From NCBI RefSeq assembly GCF_009914755.1, contig NC_060948.1: 64,000 nucleotides of DNA; one strand, written 5' to 3'. Under the pieces are notes generated by a model. It worked only from the letters and a program-made list of their open reading frames with translations. It was not told the DNA's origin and did not search any database. Positions 32,701 through 46,200 of the stretch are shown here, piece by piece. Positions within the stretch are counted from its first letter, which is position 1. The number at the start of each line of letters is the position of its first letter. The stretch is from the human T2T-CHM13v2.0 reference genome, Homo sapiens. The position numbers and the translations under genes were made by a program.

Positions 32701-35700
32701 GGAATGGCATCAAACGGAATGGAATGGACAGCCACGGAATGGAATGCACTCGAATGCAATGGAGTCGAAACTAATGGACTGGAATAGAATGGACTTGACT
32801 GGTACGGACTCCAATGGAATGGAATCGAATGGAAGGGAATCGAACGGAATGGACTCGAAGGGAAAAGACTGCAATGGAAAGGTCTCGAATGGAATGGAAA
32901 TTAATGGAATGGAATGGAATCGAATGAAATGGAGTCAAAAGGAATGGAATCGAATGGCAAGAAACCAAATGTAATGGAATCGCAAGGAATTGATGTGAAC
33001 GGAACGGAATGGAATGGAATCCAAAGGAATGGAATCGAATGGAAAGGACTCGAATGGAAACCACTCGAATAGAATGCAATTTAATAAAATAGGATCAAAT
33101 GTAATGGAATGGAATGGAAAGGAATCGAAACGAAAGGAATGGAGACAGATGGAATGGAATGGAACAGAGAGCAATGGTATAGAATGGAATGGAATCATCT
33201 GGAATGGAATTGAATGGAATGGAATAATATGAAATGGAATGGAATGGAATGGAATGCCCTTGAATTAAATGGACTGGAATGGAATAGACTCGAACAGAGT
33301 GGAATGGAAAATGTTGAAATAGAATGGAATGGACTCCTTTGGAATGGTGCAGCATGCAATGCAATCGACTGGCAGGGAATCAAAAGGAATGTAATGGAAT
33401 GGATTGGACTGGAATGCAATGGACTCGAATAGATTGGAAACGGAATGCAAAGGAATGGAATGGAATAGTATGGAATGGAATGGAAAGGAATGGAGTGGAA
33501 TAGACTAGAGTGGAATGGAATGGACTGGAAAGCAATGGACTGGAATGGAACTTTCTTGAATGGACTGGAATCAAACGGAATGGAATGCAATGCAATCAAA
33601 TGTCATGGAATAAAATAGAATGAAAGAGAATCAAATGGAATTGAATCGAATGGAATCGAATGGATTGGAAAGGAATAGAATGGAATGGAATGGAATTGAC
33701 TCAAATGGAATGGACTAGAATGGAATGGATTCGAATGGAAGGCAAAGGAATGGAATCTATTGGAATGGACTGTAATGGAATGGAATGGAAGGGATTGGAA
33801 TGGACTCGAATGGAATGGACTGCAATAGAAAGGAATCGAATGGAATGAAAAAGAATTGAATGGAATAGAACAGAATGGAATCAAATCGAATGAAATAGAA
33901 TGGAATAGAAAGGAATGGAATGAAATGGAATGGAAAGGATTCGAATGGAATGCAATCGAATGGAATGAAATCGAACGGAATGTAATCGAACAGAATGGAA
34001 TAAAATGGAAGAGAACTGGCAAGAAATGGAATCGAAATGAATGGAGTGTTATGGAACGGACTCAAAAGGAATTGAATGTAATAGAATGGAGTGGAGTGGA
34101 CTCGAATATAATGGACTGGAATGGAATGAAATCACATGGAATGGGAACGAATGGAATGGAATGGAAAGGAATGGAATCGAATGGAAAGGAATCGAATGGA
34201 AGGGAATGAAATTGAATCAACAGGAATGGAAGGGAGTAGAGTAGACGGTAATGGAATGGACTCGAATAGAATGGACACGAATGCTCAAATTGAATGGACT
34301 CGAATGGAATGGAAACGAAAGGAATGTCATCGAATGGAATTGAATCGATTGGAATGAAATCGCATAGAATGGAGTGGAATCAAATGGAATTGAATCGAAA
34401 GGAAAGGAAGCGAATGGACTGAAATGAAATGGAATGGAATTGAATGGAAAGTAATGCAATGGAATAGAATGGAACGAAATTTCACGGAATGGAATCAAAC
34501 TGAATGGAATCAAATCAATGGAATATAATCAAATGGAATGGAAAGGAATTGAATGAAGTAGATTGGATTGGATGGGATTGGAATGAAATGGAATGGAAAG
34601 GACTCGAATTTCATGAAACGGAATGGAATGAATTGGAACGGAATGGACTCGAATGGAATGGAATGTCATGGAATGGCATCAAACGGAATGGCATCAAATG
34701 GGATGGAATCGAATGCAATGGAATGCTATGGAATGGAATGGAATGCATTGGAATGGAATGTCCTCTAATGGAATGGATTCTAGTGGAATGGAATCGAATA
34801 TAATGGAGTCGAATGAAATGGAATTGAAAGGAATGGGATCGAATACAATGGAATAAACTGGAATGTAATGTAAAGAACTCGAATGTAATTGACTGGAATG
34901 GAATGCACATGAATGGAATGTAATCGAATTTAAAGTAATCCAATGGAATAGAATCTAATGCCATAAAATCGGCTCAGATAGGGTAGAATGTAATGGAATG
35001 GAGGGCAGTGCAATGGAATGGAACGGAATGGAATGCAATGGAATGGAATGGAATGGAATGGAATGGAATGGAATGGAATGGGATGGAATGGTATGGAATG
35101 GATAGTAATGGACTGGAGTGAAATGGACTGGAAAGGAATGGACTCAAATTGAAAGAGCTCGAAAGGAATGGAGTCAAATGGAATGGTCTGGAATGGAATG
35201 AACACGAATGTAATGCAATCCAATAGAATGGAATCGAATGGCATGGAATATAAAGAAATGGAATCGAAGAGAATGGAAACAAATGGAATGGAATAGAATG
35301 GAATGGAATTGAATGGAATGGGAACGAACGGAGTGAAATTGTATGCAGTAGAAGAGAATAGAATGGAATGCAAGCGAAAGGAAAGGAATGGATTGGAATG
35401 GAATGGAATTCATTGGAATGGAAGGGAATGTAGTGTAATGGACAGGCCTGGAATAAAGTGGAATGCTACGGTCTCGAATGGAATAAAAATGTATGGAATG
35501 GAATGCAATGAAACGGAATCGAATGTCATAGAATGTAATGGAATGCAAAAAAATGGACTCCAAATCATTGACTGGAAAGGCTGGGTGTCGAAAGGAAATG
35601 ACTCCAATGGAATGGAATCGAATGGAATGGAAGTGAATAGAATCGAACTAAATCGAATGGAATGGAATTGATAGGAACGGAATGGAAAGGAATGCAATGA

Positions 35701-38700
35701 TTTGGCATGGAATGGAATCAAATGACATCGAATGGAATGGAATGGAATGCAATGGAATGGAATGTATTAGAATGTAATGAACTTTAATGGAATGTACTCG
35801 AATGCATTCGACTGGAATAAAATGTTCTGGAAGTGAATGGACTCCAATGGAATGGATTCGAAAGGAATGGAATCTAATGGAATGGAATTAAATGGAAATG
35901 AATCAAATTGAATAGCACGGAATTGAATTGAATGGAATCGAATGCAATGGAATCTAATGAAACGGAAAGGAAAGGAATGGAATGGAATGGAATGGGCTGG
36001 AATGGAATGGAATCGAAACGAATGGAATGGAATCGAACTGAAGAGACTGGAATGGAATGCACTGGAATGGAAGGGAGTGTAATGGAAGGTTCTCGAAAAA
36101 AATGGAATCGAATGGAATGGAATTGAATGGAACGGAATACAGTCGAATGGAATTCAACGGAATGGAACGGACTAGAGTGAAATGGAATCGAACCAGAAGG
36201 AATGGACAGAAATAGAATGGTCTCGAATTGAATGGAATCGTATGGAATGGCATCAAACGGAATGGAATGGACAGTCACGGAATGGAATGCACTCGAATGC
36301 AATGGAGTCGAAACTAATGGACTGGAATAGAATGGACTCGACTGGTACGGACTCCAATGGAATGGAATCCAACGGAAGGGAATCCAACGGAATGGACTCG
36401 AAGGGAAAAGACTGCAATGGAAAGGTCTCGAATGGAATGGAAATTAATGGAATGGAATGGAATCGAATGAAATGCAGTCAAAAGGAATGGAATCGAATGG
36501 CAAGAAATCGAATGTAATGGAATCGCAAGGAATTGATGGGAACGGAACTGAATGGAATGGAATCCAAAGGAATGGAATAGAATGGAATGGAATCGAATGG
36601 AAAGGACTCGAATGGAAATCACTCGAATAGAATACAATTTAATAAAATAGGATCAAATGTAATGGAATGGAATGGAAAGGAATCGAAACGAAAGGAATGG
36701 AGACAGATGGAATGGAATGGAACAGAGAGCAATGGTATAGAATGGAATGGAATCATCTGGAATGGAATTGAATGGAATGGAATAATATGAAATGGAATGG
36801 AGTGGAATGGAATGCCCTTGAATTAAATGGACTGGAATGGAATGGACTCGAACAGAGTGGAATGGAAAGTGTTGAAATAGAATGGAATGGACTCGTTTGG
36901 AATGGTCTAGTATGCAATGCAATCGACAGGCAGGGAATCAAAAGGAATGTAATCGAATGGATTGGACTGGAATGCAATGGACTCGAATAGATTGGAAACG
37001 GAATGCAAAGGAATGGAATGGAATAGTATGGAATGGAATGGAAAGGAATGGAGTGGAATAGACTAGAGTGGAATGGAATGGACTGGAAAGCAATGGACTG
37101 GAATGGAACTTTCTTGATTGGACTGGAATCAAACGGAATGGAATGCAATGCAATCAAATGGCTTGGAATAAAATAGAATGAAAGAGAATCAAATGGAATT
37201 GAATCGAATGGAATCGAATGGATTGGAAAGGAAGAGAATGGAATGGAATGGAATTGACTCAAATGGAATGGACTAGAATGGAATGGATTCGAATGGAAGG
37301 CAAAGGAATGGAATCTATTGGAATGGACTGTAATGGAATGGAATGGAAGGGATTGGAATGGACTCGAATGGAATGGACTGCAATAGAAAGGATTCGAATG
37401 GAATGAAAAAGAATTGAATGGAATAGAACAGAATGGAATCAAATCGAATGAAATGGAATGGAATAGAAAGGAATGGAATGAAATGGAATGGAAAGGATTC
37501 GAACGGAATGCAATCGAATGGAATGCAATCGAATGGAATGGAATCGAACGGAATGGAATAAAATGGAAGAAAACTGGCCAGAAATGGAATCGAAATGAAT
37601 GGAGTGTTATGCAACGGACTCAAAAGGAATTGAATGTAATAGAATGGAGTGGAGTGGACTCGAATATAATGGACTGGAATGGAATGAAATCATATGGAAT
37701 GGGAACGAATGGAATGGAATGGAAAGGAATGGAATCGAATGGAAAGGAATCGAATGGAAGGGAATGAAATTGAATCAACAGGAATGGAAGGGAATAGAAT
37801 AGACGGTAATGGAATGGACTCAAATAGAATGGACACGAATACTCAAATTGAATGGACTCGAGTGGAATGGAAACGAAAGGAATGTCGTCGAATGGAATTG
37901 AATCGATTGGAATGAAATCGCATAGAATGGAGTGGAATCAAATGGAATTGAATCGAAAGGAAAGGAAGCGAATGGACTGAAATGAAATGGAATGGAATTG
38001 AATGGAAAGTAATGCAATGGAATAGAATGGAACGAAATTTCACGGAATGGAATCAAACTGAATGGAATCAAATCAATGGAATATAATCAAATGGAATGGA
38101 AAGGAATTGAATGGAGTAGATGGGATTGGATGGGATTGGAATGAAATGTACTGGAAAGGACTCGAATTTCATGAAACGGAATGGAATGAATTGGAACGGA
38201 ATGGACTCGAATGGAATGGAATGTCATGGAATGGCATCAAATGGAATGGCATCAAATGGAATGGAATCGAATGCAATGGAATGCTATGGAATGGAATGGA
38301 ATGCATTGGAATGGAATGTCCTCTAATGGAATGGATTCGAGTGGAATGGAATCGAACATAATGGAGTCGAATGAAATGGAATTGAAAGGAATGGGATCGA
38401 ATAGAATGGAATATACTGGAATGTAACGTAATGAACTCGAATGTAATTGACTGGAATGGAATGTACATGAATGGAATGTAATCGAATGGAAAGTAATCCA
38501 ATGGAATAGAATCTAATGCAATAAAATCGACTCAAATAGAATAGAATGTAATGGAATGGAGTGCAGTGCAATGGAATGGAATGGAATGGAATGCAATGGA
38601 ATGGAATGTAATGGAATGGAATGGAATGGGATGGAATGGTATGGAATGGATAGTAATGGACTGGAGTGAAATGGACTGGAAAGGAATGGACTCAAATTGA

Positions 38701-40669
38701 AAGGGCTCGAAAGGAATGGAGTCAAATGGAATGGTCTGGAATGGAATGAACACGAATGTAATGCAATCCAATAGAATGGAATCGAATGGCATGGAATATA
38801 AAGAAATGGAATCGAAGAGAATGGAAACAAATGGAATGGAATTGAATGGAATGGAATTGAATGGAATGGGAACGAATGGAGTGAAATTGTATGCAGTAGA
38901 AGAGAATAGAATGGAATGCAAGCGAAAGGAAAGGAATGGATTGGAATGGAATGGAATTCATTGGAATGGAAGGGAATGTAGTGTAATGGACAGGCCTGGA
39001 ATAAAGTGGAATGCTACGGTCTCGAATGGAATAAAAAGATATGGAATGGAATGCAATGAAACGGAATCGAATGTCATAGAATGTAATGGAATGCAAAAAA
39101 ATGGACTCCAAAGTCATTGACTGGAAAGGCTGGGTGTCGAAAGGAATTGACTCCAATGGAATGGAATCGAATGGAATGGAAGTGAATAGAATCGAACTAA
39201 ATCGAATGGAATGGAATTGATAGGAACGGAATGGAAAGGAATGCAATGATTTGGCATGGAATGGAATCGAATGGCATCGAATGGAATGGAATGGAATGCA
39301 ATGGAATGGAATGTATTAGAATGTAATGAACTTTAATGGAATGTACTCGAATGGATTCGACTGGAATGGAATGTTCTGGAAGTGAATGGACTCCAATGGA
39401 ATGGATTCGAAAGGAATGGAATCGAACGGAATGGAATCTAATGGACTGGAATTAAATGGAAATAAATCAAATTGAATAGCACGGAATTGAATTGAATGGA
39501 ATCGAATGCAATGGAATCTCATGAAACGGAAAGGAAAGGAATGGAATGGAATGGAATGGGCTGGAATGGAATGGAATCGAAACGAATGGAATGGAATCGA
39601 ACTGAAGAGACTGGAATGGAATGCACTGGATTGGAAGGGAGTGTAATGGAAGGTTCTCGAAAAAAATGGAATCGAATGGAATGGAATTGAATGGAACGGA
39701 ATAGAGTCGAATGGAATTCAATGGAATCGAATGGACTAGAGTGAAATGGAATCGAACCACAAGGAATGGACAGGAATAGAATGGTCTCGAATTGAATGGA
39801 ATCGTATGGAATGGCATCAAACGGAATGGAATGGACAGCCACGGAATGGAATGCACTCGAATGCAATGGAGTCGAAACTAATGGAATGGAATAGAATGGA
39901 CTCGACTGGTACGGACTCCAATGGAATGGAATCGAATGGAATGGAATCGAACGGAATGGACTCGAAGGGAAAAGACTGCAATGGAAAGGTCTCCAATGGA
40001 ATGGAAATTAATGGAATGGAATGGAATCGAATGAAATGGAGTCAAAAGGAATGGAATCGAATGGAAAGAAATCGAATGTAATGGGATCGCAAGGAATTGA
40101 TGTGAACGGAACGGAATGGAATGGAATCCAAAGGAATGGAATAGAATGGAATGGAATCGAATGGAAAGGACTCGAATGGAAATCACTCGAATAGAATGCA
40201 ATTTAATAAAATAGGATCAAATGTAATGGAATGGAATGGAAAGGAATCGAAACGAAAGGAATGGAGACAGATGGAATGGAATGGAACAGAGAGCAATGGT
40301 ATAGAATGGAATGGAATCATCTGGAATGGAATTGAATGGAATGGAATAACATGAAATGGAATGGAATGGAATGGAATGCCCTTGAATTAAATGGACTGGA
40401 ATGGAATGGACTCGAACAGAGTGGAATGGAAAGTGTTGAAATAGAATGGAATGGACTCCTTTGGAATGGTCTAGTATGCAATGCAATCGACTGGCAGGGA
40501 ATCAAAAGGAATGTAATCGAATGGATTGGACTGGAATGCAATGGACTCGAATAGATTGGAAACGGAATGCAAAGGAATGGAATGGAATAGTATGGAATGG
40601 AATGGAAAGGAATGGAGTGGAATAGACTAGAGTGGAATGGAATGGACTCGAAAGCAATGGACTGGAATG

Positions 40670-40682
40670 GAACTTTCTTGAA
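40670..40682. promoter_or_regulatory. Canonical heat-shock element (GAAnnTTCnnGAA), site 1 of the DYZ1 unit (representative)
   Basis: GAA CT TTC TT GAA. Motif match only; binding is not shown. Confidence 0.55.
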
Positions 40683-42932
40683 TGGACAGGAATCAAACGG
40701 AATGGAATGCAATGCAATCAAATGTCATGGAATAAAATAGAATGAAAGAGAATCAAATGGAATTGAATCGAATGGAATCGAATGGATTGGAAAGGAATAG
40801 AATGGAATGGAATGGAATTGACTCAAATGGAATGGACTAGAATGGAATGGATTCGAATGGAAGGCAAAGGAATGGAATCTATTGGAATGGACTGTAATGG
40901 AATGGAATGGAAGGGATTGGAATGGACTCGAATGGAATGGACTGCAATAGAAAGGATTCGAATGGAATGAAAAAGAATTGAATGGAATAGAACAGAATGG
41001 AATCAAATCGAATGAAATGGAATGGAATAGAAAGGAATGGAATGAAATGGTATGGAAAGGATTCGAATGGAATGCAATCGAATGGAATGCAATCAAATGG
41101 AATGGAAACGAAAGGAATGGAATAAAATGGAAGAAAACTGGCAAGAAATGGAATCGAAATAAATGGAGTTTTATGGAACGGACTCAAAAGGAATTGAATG
41201 TAATAGAATGGAGTGGAGTGGACTCGAATATAATGGACTGGAATGGAATGAAATCACATGGAATGGGAACGAATGGAATGGAAATGAAAGGAATGGAATC
41301 GAATGGAAAGGAATCGAATGGAAGGGAATGAAATTGAATCAACAGGAATGGAAGGGAATAGAATAGACGGTAATGGAATGGACTCGAATAGAATGGACAC
41401 GAATGCTCATATTGAATGGACTCGAGTGGAATGGAAACGAAAGGAATGTCATCGGATGGAATTGAATCGATTGGAATGAAATCGCATAGGATGGAGTGGA
41501 ATCAAATGGAATTGAATCGAAAGGAAAGGAAGCGAATGGACTGAAATGAAATGGAATGGAATTGAATGGAAAGTAATGCAATGGAATAGAATGGAACGAA
41601 ATTTCACGGAATGGAATCAAACTGAATGGAATCAAATCAATGGAATCTAATCAAATGGAATGGAAAGGAATTGAATGGAGTAGATGGGATTAGATGGGAT
41701 TGGAATGAAATGTACTGGAAAGGACTCGAATTTCATGAAACGGAATGGAATGAATTGGAACACAATGGACTCGAATGGAATGGAATGTCATGGAATGGCA
41801 TCAAATGGAATGGCATCAAATGGAATGGAATCGAATGCAATGGAATGCTATGGAATGGAATGGAATGCATTGGAATGGAATGTCCTCTAATGGAATGGAT
41901 TCGAGTGGAATGGAATCGAACATAATGGAGTCGAATGAAATGGAATTGAAAGGAATGGGATCGAATACAATGGAATATACTGGAATGTAACGTAATGAAC
42001 TCGAATGTAATTGACTGGAATGGAATGTACATGAATGGAATGTAATCGAATGGAAAGTAATCCAATGGAATAGAATCTAATGCAATAAAATCGACTCAAA
42101 TAGAATAAAATGTAATGGAATGGAGTGCAGTGCAATGGAATGGAATGGAATGGAATGCAATGGAATGGAATGTAATGGAATGGAATGGAATGGGATGGAA
42201 TGGTATGGAATGGATAGTAATGGACTGGAGTGAAATGGACTGGAAAGGAATGGACTCAAATTGAAAGGGCTCGAAAGGAATGGAGTCAAATGGAATGGTC
42301 TGGAATGGAATGAACACGAATGTAATGCAATCCAATAGAATGGAATCGAATGGCATGGAATATAAAGAAATGGAATCGAAGAGAATGGAAACAAATGGAA
42401 TGGAATTGAGTGGAATGGAATTGAATGGAATGGGAACGAATGGAGTGAAATTGTATGCAGTAGAAGAGAATAGAATGGAATGCAAGCGAAAGGAAAGGAA
42501 TGGATTGGAATGGAATGGAATTCATTGGAATGGAAGGGAATGTAGTGTAATGGACAGGCCTGGAATAAAGTGGAATGCTACGGTCTCGAATGGAATAAAA
42601 ATGTATGGAATGGAATGCAATGAAACGGAATCGAATGTCATAGAATGTAAGGGAATGCAAAAAAATGGACTCCAAAGTCATTCACTGGAAAGGCTGGGTG
42701 TCGAAAGGAATTGACTCCAATGGAATGGAATCGAATGGAATGGAAGTGAATAGAATCGAACTAAATCGAATGGAATGGAATTGATAGGAACGGAATGGAA
42801 AGGAATGCAATGATTTGGCATGGAATGGAATCGAATGGCATCGAATGGAATGGAATGGAATGCAATGGAATGGAATGTATTAGAATGTAATGAACTTTAA
42901 TGGAATGTACTCGAATGGATTCGACTGGAATG

Positions 42933-42945
42933 GAATGTTCTGGAA
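42933..42945. promoter_or_regulatory. Canonical heat-shock element, site 2 of the DYZ1 unit (representative)
   Basis: GAA TG TTC TG GAA. Motif match only. Confidence 0.55.
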
Positions 42946-43212
42946 GTGAATGGACTCCAAAGGAATGGATTCGAAAGGAATGGAATCGAACGGAATGCAA
43001 TCTAATGGACTGGAATTAAATGGAAATGAATCAAATTGAATAGCAAGGAATTGAATTGAATGGAATCGAATGCAATGGAATCTAATGAAACGGAAAGGAA
43101 AGGAATGGAATGGAATGGAATGGGCTGGAATGGAATGGAATCGAAACGAATGGAATGGAATCGAACTGAAGAGACTGGAATGGAATACACTGGAATGGAA
43201 GGGAGTGTAATG

Positions 43213-43225
43213 GAAGGTTCTCGAA
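43213..43225. promoter_or_regulatory. Canonical heat-shock element, site 3 of the DYZ1 unit (representative)
   Basis: GAA GG TTC TC GAA. Motif match only. Confidence 0.55.
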
Positions 43226-46200
43226 AAAAATGGAATCGAATGGAATGGAATTGAATGGAACGGAATAGAGTCGAATGGAATTCAATGGAATGGAATGGAC
43301 TAGAGTGAAATGGAATCGAACCACAAGGAATGGACAGGAATAGAACGGTATCGAATTGAATGGAATCGTATGGAATGGCATCAAACGGAATGGAATGGAC
43401 AGCCACGGAATGGAATGCACTCGAATGCAATGGAGTCGAAACTAATGGACTGGAATAGAATGGACTCGACTGGTACGGACTGCAATGGAATGGAATCGAA
43501 TGGAAGGGAATCGAACGGAATGGACTCGAAGGGAAAAGACTGCAATGGAAAGGTCTCGAATGGAATGGAAATTAATGGAATGGAATGGAATCGAATGAAA
43601 TGGAGTCAAAATGAATGGAATCGAATGGCAAGGAATCGAATGTAATGGAATCGCAAGGAATTGATGTGAACGGAACGGAATGGAATGGAATCCAAAGGAA
43701 TGGAATAGAATGGAATGGAATCGAATGGAAAGGACTCGAATGGAAATCACTCGAATAGAATGCAATTTAATAAAATAGGATCAAATGTAATGGAATGGAA
43801 TGGAAAGGAATCGAAACGAAAGGAATGGAGACAGATGGAATGGAATGGAACAGAGAGCAATGGTATAGAATGGAATGGAATCATCTGGAATGGAATTGAA
43901 TGGAATGGAATAATATGAAATGGAATGGAGTGGAATGGAATGCCCTTGAATTAAATGGACTGGAATGGAATGGACTCGAACAGAGTGGAATGGAAAGTGT
44001 TGAAATAGAATGGAATGGACTCGTTTGGAATGGTCTAGTATGCAATGCAATCGACAGGCAGGGAATCAAAAGGAATGTAATCGAATGGATTGGACTGGAA
44101 TGCAATGGACTCGAATAGATTGGAAACGGAATGCAAAGGAATGGAATGGAATAGTATGGAATGGAATGGAAAGGAATGGAGTGGAATAGACTAGAGTGGA
44201 ATGGAATGGACTGGAAAGCAATGGACTGGAATGGAACTTTCTTGATTGGACTGGAATCAAACGGAATGGAATGCAATGCAATCAAATGGCTTGGAATAAA
44301 ATAGAATGAAAGAGAATCAAATGGAATTGAATCGAATGGAATCGAATGGATTGGAAAGGAAGAGAATGGAATGGAATGGAATTGACTCAAATGGAATGGA
44401 CTAGAATGGAATGGATTCGAATGGAAGGCAAAGGAATGGAATCTATTGGAATGGACTGTAATGGAATGGAATGGAAGGGATTGGAATGGACTCGAATGGA
44501 ATAGACTGCAATAGAAAGGATTCGAATGGAATGAAAAAGAATTGAATGGAATAGAACAGAATGGAATCAAATCGAATGAAATGGAATGGAATAGAAAGGA
44601 ATGGAATGAAATGGAATGGAAAGGATTCGAACGGAATGCAATCGAATGGAATGCAATCGAATGGAATGGAATCGAACGGAATGGAATAAAATGGAAGAAA
44701 ACTGGCAAGAAATGGAATCGAAATGAATGGAGTGTTATGCAACGGACTCAAAAGGAATTGAATGTAATAGAATGGAGTGGAGTGGACTCGAATATAATGG
44801 ACTGGAATGGAATGAAATCATATGGAATGGGAACGAATGGAATGGAATGGAAAGGAATGGAATCGAATGGAAAGGAATCGAATGGAAGGGAATGAAATTG
44901 AATCAACAGGAATGGAAGGGAATAGAATAGACGGTAATGGAATGGACTCAAATAGAATGGACACGAATACTCAAATTGAATGGACTCGAGTGGAATGGAA
45001 ACGAAAGGAATGTCGTCGAATGGAATTGAATCGATTGGAATGAAATCGCATAGAATGGAGTGGAATCAAATGGAATTGAATCGAAAGGAAAGGAAGCGAA
45101 TGGACTGAAATGAAATGGAATGGAATTGAATGGAAAGTAATGCAATGGAATAGAATGGAACGAAATTTCACGGAATGGAATCAAACTGAATGGAATCAAA
45201 TCAATGGAATATAATCAAATGGAATGGAAAGGAATTGAATGGAGTAGATGGGATTGGATGGGATTGGAATGAAATGTACTGGAAAGGACTCGAATTTCAT
45301 GAAACGGAATGGAATGAATTGGAACGGAATGGACTCGAATGGAATGGAATGTCATGGAATGGCATCAAATGGAATGGCATCAAATGGAATGGAATCGAAT
45401 GCAATGGAATGCTATGGAATGGAATGGAATGCATTGGAATGGAATGTCCTCTAATGGAATGGATTCGAGTGGAATGGAATCGAACATAATGGAGTCGAAT
45501 GAAATGGAATTGAAAGGAATGGGATCGAATAGAATGGAATATACTGGAATGTAACGTAATGAACTCGAATGTAATTGACTGGAATGGAATGTACATGAAT
45601 GGAATGTAATCGAATGGAAAGTAATCCAATGGAATAGAATCTAATGCAATAAAATCGACTCAAATAGAACAGAATGTAATGGAATGGAGTGCAGTGCAAT
45701 GGAATGGAATGGAATGGAATGCAATGGAATGGAATGTAATGGAATGGAATGGAATGGGATGGAATGGTATGGAATGGATAGTAATGGACTGGAGTGAAAT
45801 GGACTGGAAAGGAATGGACTCAAATTGAAAGGGCTCGAAAGGAATGGAGTCAAATGGAATGGTCTGGAATGGAATGAACACGAATGTAATGCAATCCAAT
45901 AGAATGGAATCGAATGGCATGGAATATAAAGAAATGGAATCGAAGAGAATGGAAACAAATGGAATGGAATTGAAAGGAATGGAATTGAATGGAATGGGAA
46001 CGAATGGAGTGAAATTGTATGCAGTAGAAGAGAATAGAATGGAATGCAAGCGAAAGGAAAGGAATGGATTGGAATGGAATGGAATTCATTGGAATGGAAG
46101 GGAATGTAGTGTAATGGACAGGCCTGGAATAAAGTGGAATGCTACGGTCTCGAATGGAATAAAAAGATATGGAATGGAATGCAATGAAACGGAATCGAAT

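Noticed and set aside
41643-41653. DUX4-like motif GAATCTAATCA in B-type DYZ1 units
   Set aside because: It lacks the leading T of the TAAT homeodomain core, and such near-matches are expected by chance in AAT-rich pentamer DNA.
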